Shown: positions 37,124-52,248, numbered from the whole stretch's first letter. The stretch is DNA of 63,397 nt, filler included, from Platydemus manokwari (GCA_037951405.1; 6 parts of 6 records of this genome joined end to end with filler, not necessarily neighbours in it); one strand, 5' to 3'. Notes: generated by a model not told the origin, from the sequence alone. Program-made: numbers and translations.

Positions 37124-40100
37124 TTGAAAATTAACTGGATTAAAGCTTGTAAAGGAATCGAATATTCTACTAATCATGATTTCTTTTAGTTCTAACTAGA
37201 AAATGGTATTAAAGAAGCGAGATATTGAAATGTTTATAGGCTTGATAAAAAATAACAGCAACAAAAAGAATCCGATACTCTTGCGAGTGACGCTCATTGA
37301 TTATGTGATTCCCATTGACTGCTTATAATTGTAAGTAAGATCAACTCAATACCACAAACCAACTTACACTTACAATGCCATTAGATTATTATTTTCCTCT
37401 CATTTTTATGTGGTACTGGACTATGTGTCTCTTGTTAATTTGGATTGTTGATGACAAATTGTATTTATTATTGTTTCTGATTGCTCCATTAGCGATGATT
37501 GAACTTGTGGTTTATTCGCTATGTCAAATTATGTTAATCTATGTTAAAAAGTGTATGTAGCTTATGTTAGCCACCTGTTTTTATACTATTATTTTTTGCT
37601 TGAACTTATTTCTATTTGATTAATATTGCCCCAGACTATTGAATCGCACATTGAACATTCTGCTGATAAAGACATAAAATGATGCTCATTAAAGGTTATT
37701 ATATACATAATGCTCTTAATACAATTGATATAGATTAACGCTTTATAAACATATTGAAAAGTTTAAAGTTCATTAAAATTATTATTATTATGCTATTAAA
37801 ACAAGAGACTTTTCTATTTGATTTTAATCATGAAAAGTAATTAACTAAATTTTTAAATAATTTATTATGTTTTTATAATCTTCATATCATTAATAATAAT
37901 GACAATGTGGAGTGTGTGACAAAACAAATCAAAATACCTACGGAGACCAGAAATGACCTTCAAAGTGTGAATAAACACAGGTACAATGAGTGTCAATCAG
38001 ATACCTTCAAATTCAATCGTAACAAGCAACGAACATAGAGATACACCAAAACCATGGGTGATAGAAGAGAAAGAAGCCAGTCTAGACTGTTCTAATGAAT
38101 AAAAAGCAAAGCTGCTTTGGAAACATTATTAGTAAGTATGCTATACCACAGGAAATTAAAGAGTATTTGAAAGATTTTTAATAAAGTTAAAATGTAGCTG
38201 AATGCAGCCGAGTGTTTTAAGATTGGGTCTGAGCTCGACGAATTAATAAATGAATACTATGTCTCCTCTCAAAAAGGTAATATTACTGTAAAACTTGGAA
38301 ACACGATTATATAATATCCGAAACTCTCGTCGTAGTTTTGGTTTCTATTATTGTAATGGTTTTCACCTGTATGGTTTGGTTTTTATAATCCTATTTCTGG
38401 GTGGGATATCAAAGGTGATTTTTAGACACCATTTGTTCTCAAATTATTATGAGAATTAATTTATTTAATTATTTAATTTAATTTTGTATATTATTAAAAT
38501 TAATCTCTTATTTTCCGTCGATATTTAAAATTTAATTTAAAATTAAAAATTTAATTAAAAATTTAATTTAAATTTAATTTTTGTTTCGCAATTTATTATT
38601 AATATTTTATTATTCTAGTTGAAATGTTATTCTAACTTTACTATTTATAATAAATATTTTTTCATATTTAATTGTTAATACGCTATTCTCGAAATTTGCA
38701 CCACTATTGCCCTCAATTCTCATTTTTTTATTTCTCTTTTAAAATCCAACATTTTTTGTAATTTAATTTTTGCCAATATTCAAAAGACAGAACACATCAA
38801 AATCATGGAATTAAAATTACAAATCATTGCTATTGTTTATTTTATTCTCATCAAACTGCTCCATAGGATTGATTTACATTGAGGTAAGAAAAGATTTTGA
38901 CTATGATTCGACTATTATTTATTCACAGAATTGTTTTTTTCGGGCTGGGTCTGGCTTCAATAAATTAAATGATCATCAGATGCAGTTAAAAGATGTATAT
39001 TTTATATAAAAATAAAATCTTGAGATGAAAATACAGTAAATAAATTATAAGATAACAATAGATGCACTTTATTTAAGTTTGAAAAATACTAATAAAATTT
39101 TGAAAAAATTATAATTGATGATAATAAAAATTAGCAATAAAATAACGGCCAATTGTTAAAGTAATAACCTGAAAATGGTAGAGAATAAATGATGAAATAA
39201 TTGTCAAGTTTACTGATAGCTCTGAGATTACTATTAATCAATCAAATTAAAATGATAATAAATCAATCGAAACACTGATTATTTTCATCGTTACTATATT
39301 AATAGTTAAATCATCTTTAAAAGAGTACATAAATGAAAATCATAATTCGATAATGATAAGATAAAAATATACGAATTGCGTATTGTTTTTTATTAATTTA
39401 CCAAATATCTATGATAGTCAACAAACTATCTTAGAAGCCAATCATAGATAATAACTAAACAATCACAAAGACCACTATATTTGTGCCTGAGTTATATGTA
39501 ACTATAGTCCAAAAATCAATTTTTTAAAATTAAAAATGCTGATAGGAGATTAGTTTTTTTTAATATTTAAAAAATAATTAAAGTTTTAATTGGTATGAAA
39601 GGAATGAAATCCTGAGTTACATACATTTATTAACAACCAGAGTTAAAATTCTACAGAATCAAAAAATCAGAAAAGATTCCAAGGAACTAAAAATTCAAAT
39701 AGAATAATTAATAATTTCCGCATGCATGTTTATTAAAATTCAATTTTATCAAGGCTAATTTCGAATTCCAATTCTTGAAACTATGTTAAGTAAATATTGT
39801 TTAACTATTTCTAATGTTCAAAGATATTACATGAAATATGAAATATTTACAATTTATCCTTCTAAATTGTATCTTAATTGCTATATTATTGTCGTAATTA
39901 AATATGTAGGTAGCATCAGTTACTAAGTTTGTATTATCTATTTTTTATATCTTTAAAGCTCGAAAGCTTTCAAAGATTAATTTTTGTTCAATATTTTATA
40001 TTTGTATTCGCTTAATTTGCATTCTTCAATGAAAGATTGTTAATCGATTGCGATATTATTTGAGACAGGTAAGTAGCAATGACAAAATGTTATCAAAAAT

Positions 40101-41291
40101 ATAATAAATTTTAAAAAATTTACCCTACATTTTTGAAACCAGGGTCGAGGAAAATAAATCATTGGAATTCATTTCTTGACATATGAATGCATTCATCGTA
40201 CGGAAAATAAAACAGATGTATACTACACATTTTTTGGTAAAACTAATTGTATAATATTTGATTTTTGTACCCGTGAATAAAACATATTTATAATTAAAAA
40301 ATGTTGAGATTTAAATTAAATAATTTAAATTCGAATATCACTTTCAACTCACACATTGTAATGAAAGAAACACAGTATGAAAAACATAATCAGAATCAAA
40401 CAATAACTAATTAATACAAACAGGAATATTACGGGGGCTTGTCAGTGAATTTGATTTTCTTTTTTATATTTTAATTATGCAAAAGACTTCAAATTCACCT
40501 TTATTTCTAATGTTCAAAGATTTTCACAAGGCTTGTATATAAACATTCACACACATTATATATAATGATTTAACATTGGCAGTATAGTTTTCCTCTATTT
40601 GATTGAAAAATTTAGATAAATATCATTGACAATAATTTCAAAAACCAGGTACTCATATTAAGATATTTAATATTGCAAAGAAGCTCATTGTAAAACAGGT
40701 TTTGAAAGAAACACTTGTTAAAAGTAAATCCCATAGAATAATAAACAGGTGTTAAATAATATTTGCTTTATCTTTATTAAGAAAAATTAATGAAACACTT
40801 TAATTTTGAACTTAAATATGTATTTTAAAAATTAAATTAAAAAAAATGAATGAAACAGATTAGTTAAAATCAAAATTAAGTAAAAATTGACAATTATTAT
40901 TAAACTTGTATTTAATTGAATTAAAAGTGCTTAAATTTCAATTTAAAAATTAACTAACAAATAATTATAAAATATAAATAAATAATAATTTAATAGCAAA
41001 TATAAAAAAATTAAATTAAAACAATTTCGTATTGCTACTAAATTACTTTGAAATTACAACGCATCTCGACTTGTTTAAATAAATATAATCTCGCAAATAT
41101 TTTGTTTGTTAATTTTATTAAACAGACACCTAATTTAATGATTAATTTAAGTAAGATATAGCTTTAAATAAAATTTACTTAAAACATCTATTTTATATGA
41201 GTTTTAATGTTAATCTTTCGTAATTTATTGTTACAGTTCTCTAATTTTAAAATGTTGTTAAAATGAACTGAGAATTTATAAATAGGTTCTA

Positions 41292-41875
41292 ATGAGCAAT
41301 GAAAAATGGACATGTTCAATTTGTACATATATTAACTGGAATGCTTCTCAAAAATGTATCATATGTCAAAATGAAAAAGCCACATCTCAACTAAATCAAG
41401 AAATATATAACCTAGAAATATCTAACAATGATAAGATACCTATTAATAATTCTATTCCAAATCAAAATTTATCAGAAAATCGTACTAAATGGGCATGTTC
41501 GGCTTGTACATATTTGAATTGGCCTAAAGCTCGTAAATGCGTTCAATGTAACACGGTGCGATATAAACACAGTTCTCCGACTCTTAGTCAGCAATCTATA
41601 TCGTCTAATTCAGATGACCAAGGCGCTAATACGCCTTCAAAATCTCAAAACATAAAATGCTCAAAGGAAATTGTATCCGAAATCAAGGAAAAATCTAAAC
41701 CGGAAGGTGGCAAAGCTACGTCTAGTGATCAATTAGTATCGTCTGAACCCCTCGGTGATAATTTTAATTTAAGCAAAGCACTTCAAAAATGGTATTGTTC
41801 GGTGTGTACGTACGAAAATTGGCCGAAATCGAAACAATGTATTATGTGCAACTCAGCTAAAACAGTTGATAATAA
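41292..41875 (+). CDS. ZRANB1: ZRANB1/Trabid N-terminal exon with three RanBP2-type (NZF) zinc fingers; AnkUBD/OTU exons not seen in this contig
   Basis: KWTCSICTYINWNASQKCIIC, KWACSACTYLNWPKARKCVQC and KWYCSVCTYENWPKSKQCIMC show the Trabid TYxNW signature. The ORF ends at a plausible donor, AA|GTAAT (41876). Confidence 0.82.
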
Positions 41876-42964
41876 GTAATGATATTATATTTTTCTGTTC
41901 ATTTCTTTATTGAGTTCTATATTGAAGTATCAATTAGATAACATAAATTTCAAAATTATTAATGTCAACATTTGTTTGTATGTATGTATGTGTGTGTAAA
42001 TTAGTGTCAACCAATCAAAATCAACTGCTACATATGGGTTCTTCGATAATTATTCTTGTTTATTATCTACTAGAGTGAAATTCAGTCTAAAATATTGATT
42101 GATTATGTATTACCTTCAAAAATCAATTTTGATTAAAAATATTCTTGAATTTCTAAACAGTTGTTTTTGACTAATATTTATATTCTAATTTTATCAACTC
42201 TAAAATATAGAAAAATAAACAAATCAGGGATGATAATATATTGTTAAATGATAATTTGGGATTATTTATTTCATTATAAACAGATTTAATCTCTTACAAA
42301 CAATGGGAAATCAGAACGGGTGATTGGACAATCATTTGATGGGTTTCCATTTCATAAATATATGATTTATTGCAACGAAATTAATTCAAGAAACTTCCTA
42401 TAATACATTAATGGATTGTTGGAAATATTGGAATAATAAAACGTATTAAACAGCTGTGAATAATGAAGCGAATTGTTTGTGATCATTAACGGGATTTTAA
42501 CTCAGTTTTTTTACGAAAAATCATTGTTTCAACAAGCACCAAAAACAGCTGATCAAGTATAGAGATGCTTGTATCACACTAGGAAAGAGTTGCATTGATA
42601 CTCGAAATATAACATAAACGCTTCTATATATTGGGTGAGATTGCATAGCCTTTCGCATTAGATTGTCCATAATGAAATAACGATTACAAAAATTCCACAA
42701 ATAGTGTATCCTTTATCTAAACCTAGATTGCATCATTGATTTATTCTAATAGAGATTATGATGATGTTTTAGAGAAATTCTTAATTCTCCAGATTATATT
42801 ATTGACAAGAGTGCACGTTGAAGTGTTACATTTGGAATGGCAATAATATCGGATTGAAATGAAAATCTTGTCCGATAAAAAATATTATCTATTTAATCAA
42901 TAAAGAAAAATATTTAAATTGAGAAATATAAACAAAACACCATTCGTCTGTAAATCTGAAATGT

Positions 42965-43270
42965 TGAAAATAGATCAACCTTTAAGATCCACACACTTCT
43001 GCCAGCGTTTTGGAAGTTGTTTTATTTTGTTTTCATAGAATTCCGCAGGTTTGGAAACGAACCACTTTCCCAAATCATCGTTAACCTTTTCCGCGGAGTG
43101 AGACGTATTCCCACCAAGTGAGTTTTTCATAGGACAAAACGGGTACTAGTTTGAAGGGACAAGGCTTGAAGAGTGTGGTGTATGCGGTATTACCGTAAAA
43201 CGGATCTCAGCAAGCTATTTTGAGTTAAACGTGTTATATGCGTTCGAGTGTTATCGTGAAGGAAAAGGAA
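42965..43270 (-). mobile_element. Mariner (DD34D) transposase C-terminal relic
   Basis: LFLHDNTRTH...IPHSSSLVPSN*YPFCPMKNSLGG...DLGKWFVSKPAEFYENKIKQLPKRWQKCVDLKG. Confidence 0.85.
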
Positions 43271-44508
43271 CTTTTCAAAACTGTTGTTACACATTGTCTT
43301 TATTGGTTAAATGAATATTATTTTCATTCCAATTCTATATTAAAATCTCAAGCAAAATAATTGATGAAATGTTTTATAATTATATATTATGCTTCTTTTG
43401 ATTTTTCCTAGAGATTTTAATGAACTTCCATAAACAATTTGTAGTTAGAGATTATCACAGAATTATTTACTATTCATGAAATGGTTATTTTCGACATTGT
43501 CTGAATATCCGGATGACATAAGCCTGATTTTTATAAATAATTGTTATTTTCAATTGGTTTTTTTGTGTTTTGCAAATCAATAAATAGACGAGATTCATTA
43601 AAAAAAATAGGCTCGAATTATTCACTATAATAATAATTACGGAAAGTGTTGTAATTTTTAATGTTCCAATTATTATTATTATTATTATTATTTTACAGAT
43701 CAAAGACTATTATATTATTTTTATAGTCTTTTGGTTGAAAATATATGATAATTATTTGAGACAATCGCTTATTGCAATGTTGATTTCAACTTTGATAATA
43801 ATAACAATACCTTCAAACTATGGACAAATCGATTATTTTTCAATGATTATTCCAATATTGGACCGGAAATTCCATTGGGTAAAAGTAGGATTGTGTAGAA
43901 TTGAATGAGTTTGTACTTGGGTTTTCAGTGTTGCATATGGATGTTGTGTATTTATTAGAGATGTGAGAGATCTATTAATTAATATTATAATGATTAGTTT
44001 GACAATTTCTGTATTAAATTATATTGGGTAAAATTCAGTCGAATTCAGTCCATATGACCTCATAATGATTCATCTATAACTAGGCGGAGTTTTTGTTACA
44101 AATTGGAAATTTGTTTTGATGTGTTATCCTTGAATTTGATGATATGATTATTTTGTTGCCAGTATTTGAGTGTTTTCGTAATTCTACGAGAAATGTCATT
44201 ATTTTGTAATATTTAATTTGTGTGATTATTTCCTCTTGATATTCCAATGATTTAATGTCATGATGAAATATTTTCATAATCCAATTACTGACAGAAAAAT
44301 GAATTTTCATTTGTGAGATTAATGATGTTGTTTGATGGAATGTAAATGATATTCTGTGAAATAAGATCGATATTTTGTTTAGGTTGATTGATGAAATGAA
44401 ATCTGATTGATTATTTGATAAATCGTTGAGGAAAATCAACAAATCGGTGATGTAGAAAATGATGTTGTGGCGATTGTTTACTACAATTTATTAATATGGA
44501 GTTCAACT

Positions 44509-44558
<50 letters not shown>
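44509..44558. repeat. Compound (CA)n(TA)n microsatellite at the contig end
   Basis: Direct repeat visible in sequence. Confidence 0.95.
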
Positions 44559-44560
<2 letters not shown>

Positions 44561-44563
44561 CTC

Positions 44564-44663
44564 NNNNNNNNNNNNNNNNNNNNNNNNNNNNNNNNNNNNN
44601 NNNNNNNTTAATTAATTAANNNNNNNNNNNNNNNNNNNNNNNNNNNNNNNNNNNNNNNNNNNN
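44564..44663. other. Artificial contig linker
   Basis: 44 N + TTAATTAATTAA + 44 N. Confidence 0.98.
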
Positions 44664-44689
44664 TAATGTAAGGTTATTGATAAGGTTAT

Positions 44690-44772
44690 TGATTATGTCA
44701 TTCCAACCAAACAGAATAAAAATTAAGGCTTGTTCACAACTTAACGCTCATTTCATACCGGTACACCTGATA
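44690..44772 (-). mobile_element. Opposite terminus (TIR + TA) of the Mos1-like mariner family seen at 1-188
   Basis: AACGCTCATTTCATACCGGTACACCTGA-TA (44743-44772) matches 159-188, but the internal sequence differs. Confidence 0.8.
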
Positions 44773-44849
44773 TGTACACTCCCGAGCTCTTAATAACCTT
44801 CACTTGATTAATAATACTCTGCATTTCATTAAGTAGCAAATATATTTTT

Positions 44850-46230
44850 TGTAAACGCTGTAACATTGATGCTGAAATCGTTGCCCACAAACTATGGTTC
44901 ATTGCTATGCAACTCCTGGAAAGGTTATAAAATAGCTCAGTATGATTCTTGACTTTCTAGGAAACTATCTTCAATCTTTAAATATCAATGCCGCTATTGA
45001 TCTCACTCTATCTGTTATTCTCTCTACTCTTCAACCTGATCTGATCATGAGAAATAATTCCAAACATCAAACATTTATTGGAGACTTAAGAACTTCTGTC
45101 ACCATGAACCATTTAAGCTGGCAAATCATCGATTATTTATTCAAGAAATTTAAGAGACAACATGGCATCAAATAGCCATCATTGACGCTGGCTAAATATG
45201 GGTTTCTAACAGGGTTTCCGCGACACTCTTAATGATAAAATATTCAATCTTCTAAGCTTAAACTAAAAACATATCGATTTCATTTCACCTTTCCTTATCA
45301 TTGTCTAATTAAAAAACGCCTACTTCATCTCTTATGCTCCTACTGATCAAAATAAGCCATCAGTGCCTCCAAACAATCCACTGATCACTTTAGCTGATTG
45401 TCTATCATTTCCGTTTATCTCAGATTTCACTCAAATCGCATCAAAACATCAGCTCCCAGGAATCACCAACAATCATCCCAGGTAAATAAGCTGTTAAACT
45501 TCTCCAAGCTGTTACAGAGCTGGATGCTCTTCTCAATCTCAGCCCCACAACAAAAATTAAAAATCTAATATTTATTTAAGCACAAATATGATCTTCTTCG
45601 AGGCAGTGGGATATCCCTCATCTCATTTTTGTTTGTATGATCCATGATTTTTTGTAGGTTTCTTCCTGTTTGATGGCATAGAAATTCTACCACAATGTAG
45701 GTACGGATTATGACGTTGTGATGACTTTGATTTGACTGAGGTCGAACAAATAAACAAAAGAAATGCTTTCAGTAAAACAAACATTAAATCCAATACATTA
45801 AGGCCGAAACAAATCATAAATCTAAACATAATAACTGATAAACAAGCATGTGCTAATAAAGACTAAATAATGACCATCATGAAATCCCTTTATTTAAATA
45901 TAAGAGATGCCTCGATTATCAGTTGAGAAACCAAGATAGAACAGAAAATGGCTCCGATTAACGCACTAAAATGGCTGAACTCACACATAAAATCATAATT
46001 TGAAGGAAGACGCGCCGGGATAAAATTCGAGGAGCCATGAAGCCAGCTCATCACTGACTGCCCAATTTCGATTTGTTGACATCAGAATTGGATTGAGTTG
46101 CACAAAACATAAAAACTGATGAAGATTTTATACAAAAATTATTCAATTAGTTAGAGCTGTTAACAAAACAGCTGAAATCATTCAACAGAAACACAAATTA
46201 AACCAAAAATAGAGTTTTGCAAATTTATTC
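44850..46230 (+). mobile_element. Possible highly decayed LINE (RT and 3' region) fragments
   Basis: Fragments ILDFLGNYLQ, RAGCSS...KSNI and SQLITDCP resemble LINE motifs II.WI.SFL, WGCS..YKS.I and HL..DCP, in the expected order. Confidence 0.3.
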
Positions 46231-46395
46231 GCTACATAATTTTCATTCACTCATTTTAAAACACCCAAATTTTTACATAAAATTTACATTTTTTTCATTA
46301 TGATTTCAAAATCGAAATTTTGTGTCAATTTCTAGCAAATTTGTTTAACAAGTGAGGTCTCATCGAAATATTTTAGAAGATTTGATTGAAATCCG

Positions 46396-46791
46396 TCAAT
46401 TTTCCATTTGCTCGAGATCATTTTGTAGTTTCTCCAATAAATTGTCCTTCATAACCAATATTTCGCTTCTGGCCAACATTAATTTCCGTTGTGTGTCAAC
46501 ATCAATGTCACATCCATCACCAGTCAGATGATTATTAATTGATTCTTTAACTCTTTGAAGACAATTTCGTAAGCCTTCAACTTTTTGAGAAATTAATAAA
46601 TTCATCTGTGCATTTGGATTATAAAATGATGTTATCTTGTCATCAGAAACCATTGATTCATTTTCAGTGGTGTTAGGTTGAAGTCCAAATAGAATTTCTT
46701 CAATGTTAGGAATTATCTGATCGAGACCAAGATCCGATTCTGAAATTGTTTTGAATTCAGTAATATCGTGAAATGTTTTATCATCAGACAT
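46396..46791 (-). CDS. Hypothetical protein, 131 aa, with acidic N-terminus and coiled-coil C-terminus
   Basis: Clean ATG-initiated ORF with protein-like composition and heptad pattern (LISQKVEGLRNCLQRVKESI; LLEKLQNDLEQM). Confidence 0.6.
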   Translation of the reverse strand: MSDDKTFHDITEFKTISESDLGLDQIIPNIEEILFGLQPNTTENESMVSDDKITSFYNPNAQMNLLISQKVEGLRNCLQRVKESINNHLTGDGCDIDVDTQRKLMLARSEILVMKDNLLEKLQNDLEQMEN

Positions 46792-48227
46792 TGAAAATTA
46801 TCTCAAACGATTGATTCAAAAACTGTTTTAAAATAAATGTTTGATTCTATTATTTAAACAAAGATCGTGATTAATTTTATTTTTTAAAATATTGTAGTTT
46901 AAATAAAATTTCATAGATATGGTTATTTAATTCTAATAAATTTTAAACTATTAAAAAAATAAATTTTAATAAAATTTATTAAAGAGAAAGAATTTAAGAA
47001 AATATTAAAATATGTAAGTAAGGTAATATATACACTTCTATATTATTTCTTATTTTTCAATATTTTTTATTTAAAAAGTAAATTTGGGTAAAGTTAAAAA
47101 ATAAGGTCCTAAAAAAAATTTTAAATTGTGGAGTGTATTGCAAAAATCTATATATATTATTTAATAGATTGGATACATGGATCCCAAATCTGTCGATGTT
47201 GTAATGAAATGAAGATTTGATCGAAATCAAATAAATCGTACAGGTGAAGATGCCACAAATATATAAGTTTCGGAATTCAAATAGGGACTTGGAACAACAA
47301 TTCAGCCTTGTCCTTTTTTGACATTCTGAATAAAGTATTTTTGATGTACGGGGCTCTTACAAAAAATTATACTATAAAATATATTATATTTACAAATCCA
47401 TTAGAAAACTAACAATCAACAAATGTTGACAATTTTTATTAAAATAAAACCATTAATTTAAAATTATTTATTGAGATACAACAAAAATTGTAGATTCCTC
47501 GCCACTGAGAAAATATTGTGGCATAGAAATATAATTCTTTCCCTAAATATCGTCATAGAATTTGACAAGAAATGTTTTGAAAGTGCCAAATATAGTAGCG
47601 GGCATCGAAGACATGGTTTTTGATTGTTAGAGTTGATTTTTGGTTTTTAATCTAAAATTGAATTTTATGTAAAAATTTCATCAAAAAATGATTATAAATA
47701 AATTTTAAAATCAAATAACTCACGAAAAATCATTACTTTAAAATTGGGTCAATGGAAGCACTTCTTCTTAACTTAAGCCCAAAATTATATTTAACTATCA
47801 TTATTTAAACAAATGAAATCAATATGATCTTTTTAATATCATCACAACAATAATGTTAATTCAGTGTTCTTAAATATTAATAAAGCAAATTTGAAACTAT
47901 TTTATGAATAATGATTTCATTTAAACCACATGTTTCCAATCGATATTACAAGCATTTTAAAATTGAGAAATGGTGAATTATGCCAACATCAAAATCCCAT
48001 TCATTTAGCTGCTGTCCTAATGACAACTATTCAATATCAACACCATATTAACCGATGACTATCAATCGTCATTCATAGACGACTATTAATTTTTTCCAAT
48101 CCAACAATAGTTTCAAAAGGCCTCACCAATTGCCATTGGTCCAATATTTCGGTCAATCAAATTATTTTCATTATCCATATTATATATTTTGATTACAAAT
48201 ACAATTTATTATAATTCTGCTGGAGAC

Positions 48228-48345
48228 ATGTCTGCTTCAAAATTTACCAATTTTCTTGCTCAATACAAAGATAGTGAAACAAAAAAACTCAAGAACTTCA
48301 CCGCATCTCAATTCGCTGAAGTCTGGAGCCACTACGATGCCGATG
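48228..48345 (+). CDS. First coding exon of calbindin-32 / calretinin-family hexa-EF-hand protein (Cbp53E-like)
   Basis: MSASKFTNFLAQYKDSETKKLKNFTASQFAEVWSHYDADG|GTAAT matches invertebrate calbindin NF..QY.D.E...LK...A.QF..VW.HYD.DG. No further exon was recognised before 53389. Confidence 0.85.
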
Positions 48346-51300
48346 GTAATTTATTATCAGATTATTTTCTATTATATTTTATTTAATTGTTTTTTATTAT
48401 TATTTTTTATCAGTTATCGTGTTTCATAGTTTTTAAATAATTATCCGGAATATAAATAATGATTGTAATAATAATAATTATAATTATTATTATAACCGTA
48501 AAGAATATTTTTGTCAATGTAAGTCAATGAATATATTTTAATGACTGGTTTCACCCAATAATAAATAATTATAATTCCTACCATACATTAACAATATATG
48601 AATATTATTCCAATTATCTGTTTGTTTTCAAATATTCAATTCACAATTTCCGCCGAATGAAAGTACTTTTTAGATCATCCGTACTTGATGTATAGCATTG
48701 ATAATTGATGTCAAAATCATTATGAATATATAAATTCATTTTATAAGCCTGGTAATTGGCCATATGAAATCATTAGAAAACAATAGCTCGTTTGAATTAA
48801 AGATTTTTAATTTTTATAATCATTGGTTCTTTTGGTTTGTGATTATTTGAATAAGTATTTTCATGGAGATAACTAATTCTTTTGATGAATAAATGGGGTT
48901 TATCAATTATCATGTGATAACAAAACGATAATGGTTTTAGGTTCGACCATTTTTATGTGGTTTACCACTGTTGGTGAAATTAATATTATAACTTTCAATT
49001 AGTTTTTATGACGTAATAACAAATTTATTGATCGCTAATGCTGTCAAATTTTCCTTGCTCAATCTCATGGGAATATCAATATTAAACGAAATAATAAAGG
49101 CTACATTATTTCAAAAAAAGAAATTTCATGAGAACAGTTCAACTGAGCTATAGTATTATGGTGGGTTTAGGATTAAATTGGATGTTCGGAATTTTCCGCT
49201 ATTGAATTCTCAATGGGGGTATTTCAGGTTTTTGTTCACTAACTAGATGGTTTTGAAGCTTCTTGATATAATAAATTATCTGTTTGTATAATTTATCCCC
49301 ATCATATTTCGTTCTTGATAAAATATATTTTCTTAAAAATAGCTGCTTTATATGAATATTTGTTCGGAAAATTTTAATATTTTTATTTAAAGTCATGGGT
49401 CGCTATCGATACTTTGAGTTGTGAGATTGGAACTATAATTTGACAATTCGATTTCGAAGATATTTCATGAGAAAAGCGTATATTTGCGTTTCTGAATCAA
49501 ATTCATTAATTGAGATAACATTTCAACGATGAACTAGAAGGACAGTTAAGAAGGTAAATCACAACAAGCAAAAAAATGAACACATCTACTCAAAATGAAC
49601 ATTAAACAATTAAAAAATTTCTAAAATAAAAACAAATGCCGCCAAATAATAGAAATCATAACGGACTGGGGACGGTAAATAATTTTAAATAACAAAACTT
49701 TGCGCACCATTACACAATGAAGCCAATCATTTTTGTTTTGTTCCTTTGTATCGAAGCGGAAGCGAAATAAATTGAAATTGACAAGAGCAGAAACGAATTT
49801 GATAATTCTCCAAATTTTTATTATTTTCCTTTTTAAGAAGAAAATTGAAAATTTCAAATACAAACCAAGGAACAACGATTAATTTTTTCCAAGAAAAAAT
49901 TCGACCAAGGTTAAGAAAAGTAGTCCAAAAAGTAAAATTTTTAATTTGTTTTTTTTAATTTGTGAATTTAAAAAGAATTTCGGTTGTTTGAAATCAAATA
50001 TTAAATAAACTAGAGCTTTAACATTTCCTAAAAGTTAATTATTTGAAAAATGGATCAAAGTAGGTCAAGGTGCATTTTTGCTGAGAATCAGAGTTCATTT
50101 TCTTTTGACATTCGATGCAAATGAAGAGATACTTGTATAATCATTTTACAAGAACAAATTATGTTACGATATTAAACACTTCCCGAGTTTATTAATCTGA
50201 TTTATAATGAAAATTGAAATGAAATTAAGAAAATCAAAGAACCATATAATGTTATAAATAAGTGTGTTATTAGGATTGGATATAAGAAAACCAAAATTAC
50301 CATTACTAAATCTACCATTTTAAATGACAAAAAATTTGTGATATATTTAAGCTATTATTTTTTTTGGAATCGTCTCTCTATCATTTTTGTAGATCAACTT
50401 TTGTGAAGTAACTTTTCATTCATATTTATCTCACAACAAAGCTTTATTATTACAAATCGATTAGTTTCCATATTGCTTGTGGAATGTACTATCGATCGTT
50501 ATGTTTTCATAATTAAGTGAATTTTTTATTTTGCACAAAGTTTTATTTCTAGTACAAATAAAATTTTATTCTCGAACAAAAATAGGTACAAATAAATAAA
50601 CAACAATATTTAATAACTGGGATAGAATTAATCATAATATATGCTTAATTTTTCTTTAGTTTAACTGAAATGAACAGTGTAAAGTGTCGTTGATAGTTTC
50701 AATCTTTGAATATTTTATAATATGTTGTTTTTCAAAAAATTTAATTACATCCGCACTAAGTCGAATAAACAAACAATTATTTTAAATAATTATTCGAATA
50801 TGTTTTTCAGTTAGAATTTTTATTTTTCAAATTAGACTAATAAACTTAAATAAAATTAAAAATGATATTTTAGACAAGATGTAATAAAATTTTATAAACA
50901 AATTATTATAAAATTTTCAAAATAAATTTTACCAACAACGCATTACGTCTTTAAAATCACTTGTTTCGGTTAAGCTAATCGAATATAAAACTTATTCAAT
51001 GGATCAATCCCAACAGATTGCGGTTTAATTATTTGGTTATTATTTAATACATAAAAGTCCTATGAAACATATATGGATAAATCTATCTCAAATACGCACT
51101 AATCATGGCTGGAATGTATATTATGTTTTTAATGTTTGCCGATATCAGAAGCACTCATTATTTGTCTGCTATCGAAGTCTTCATTCAGTATAAAAACTCG
51201 TATTAATGGAGCCACAACAAATTATTTGAAATTTAATAAGAAAAGGAAAATTATATTTTTAATTTAAGATAAAATATTCCCTTCAACAATTCCATTGAAT

Positions 51301-52225
51301 CCAATTATTTCTTATCTGGCTCACCGTTGAATGATAATACAATTCCATCTTGATTGTCGGGTTCTATACCAACATAAATTTATAATTTGAATGTGCTTGA
51401 TGAGTAAATAAAAGTCCTGAAATGAAATCATCATCAATAAACGATATATGTTCCTATAAAATAGAAATTCAACATAATCCCTTAAATATTAAATATATAA
51501 TTACGAAATTGAGGGATTCATTTTTCTGCCCGATACTGATTTAAAATAAATAGCATGAAACATTAATGATCTTACAAAAAAATTGAAATATTTTTTTGAT
51601 CAGATTTATTGTCCAGTTTTTAACAATCTTTTATTATGGCTTACAAAATAACAATTGTGAACAATTTTAATGGCCAAAAATATTATTCAATCAATTTTCT
51701 AATCCATTCCTGTGACGGAAATTTTTCTTTTCCATAAAAATAGATCGTTTGTCACCGACCCACTGTTTGCACTTCCGAAATATTGTGAAATTGAATGAAA
51801 AAAAAGTTTTTAATGGAGCAAATAAAAACGAACAATAAAACTGGGAAAAAATCCACAAATTCGATCTAAACAATGAGGTCTAGGTTTTTTTTTCTATTTT
51901 TTGGTTAATTTTGGCTTTTTAATATCAAAGTTCTCAGATTTTAATTGTTGATTTTCGGGTCAACTATTTTAGATTATGCTTATACAGAGAATCATTGGTT
52001 GTAAATAAGACTGGACAGTTTATTGGGTTTTATTGGAAAATTTGTTTCATGATGATTAGCAAAAGATAAATGGTTGCTTAAAATGATTTATTATTTTTTT
52101 AAGGTCTTCAACGTCTTGGATCAAAGAAATGCGATTCCAGATTTTAATCATAACGAAATTCAACAATGAGCTCATAAACATTTATCACATTTTTCAGAAT
52201 TTCCTTCTACTATTTGTGTTATCTG

Positions 52226-52248
52226 CTCTCTCTCTCTCTCTCTCTCTC
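52226..52248. repeat. (CT)n microsatellite
   Basis: Direct repeat. Confidence 0.9.

Noticed and set aside
42200-44442. Hydrophobic broken minus-strand frames suggestive of a chemoreceptor pseudogene
   Set aside because: AT-rich DNA yields I/F/L-rich frames by chance; no diagnostic motif found.
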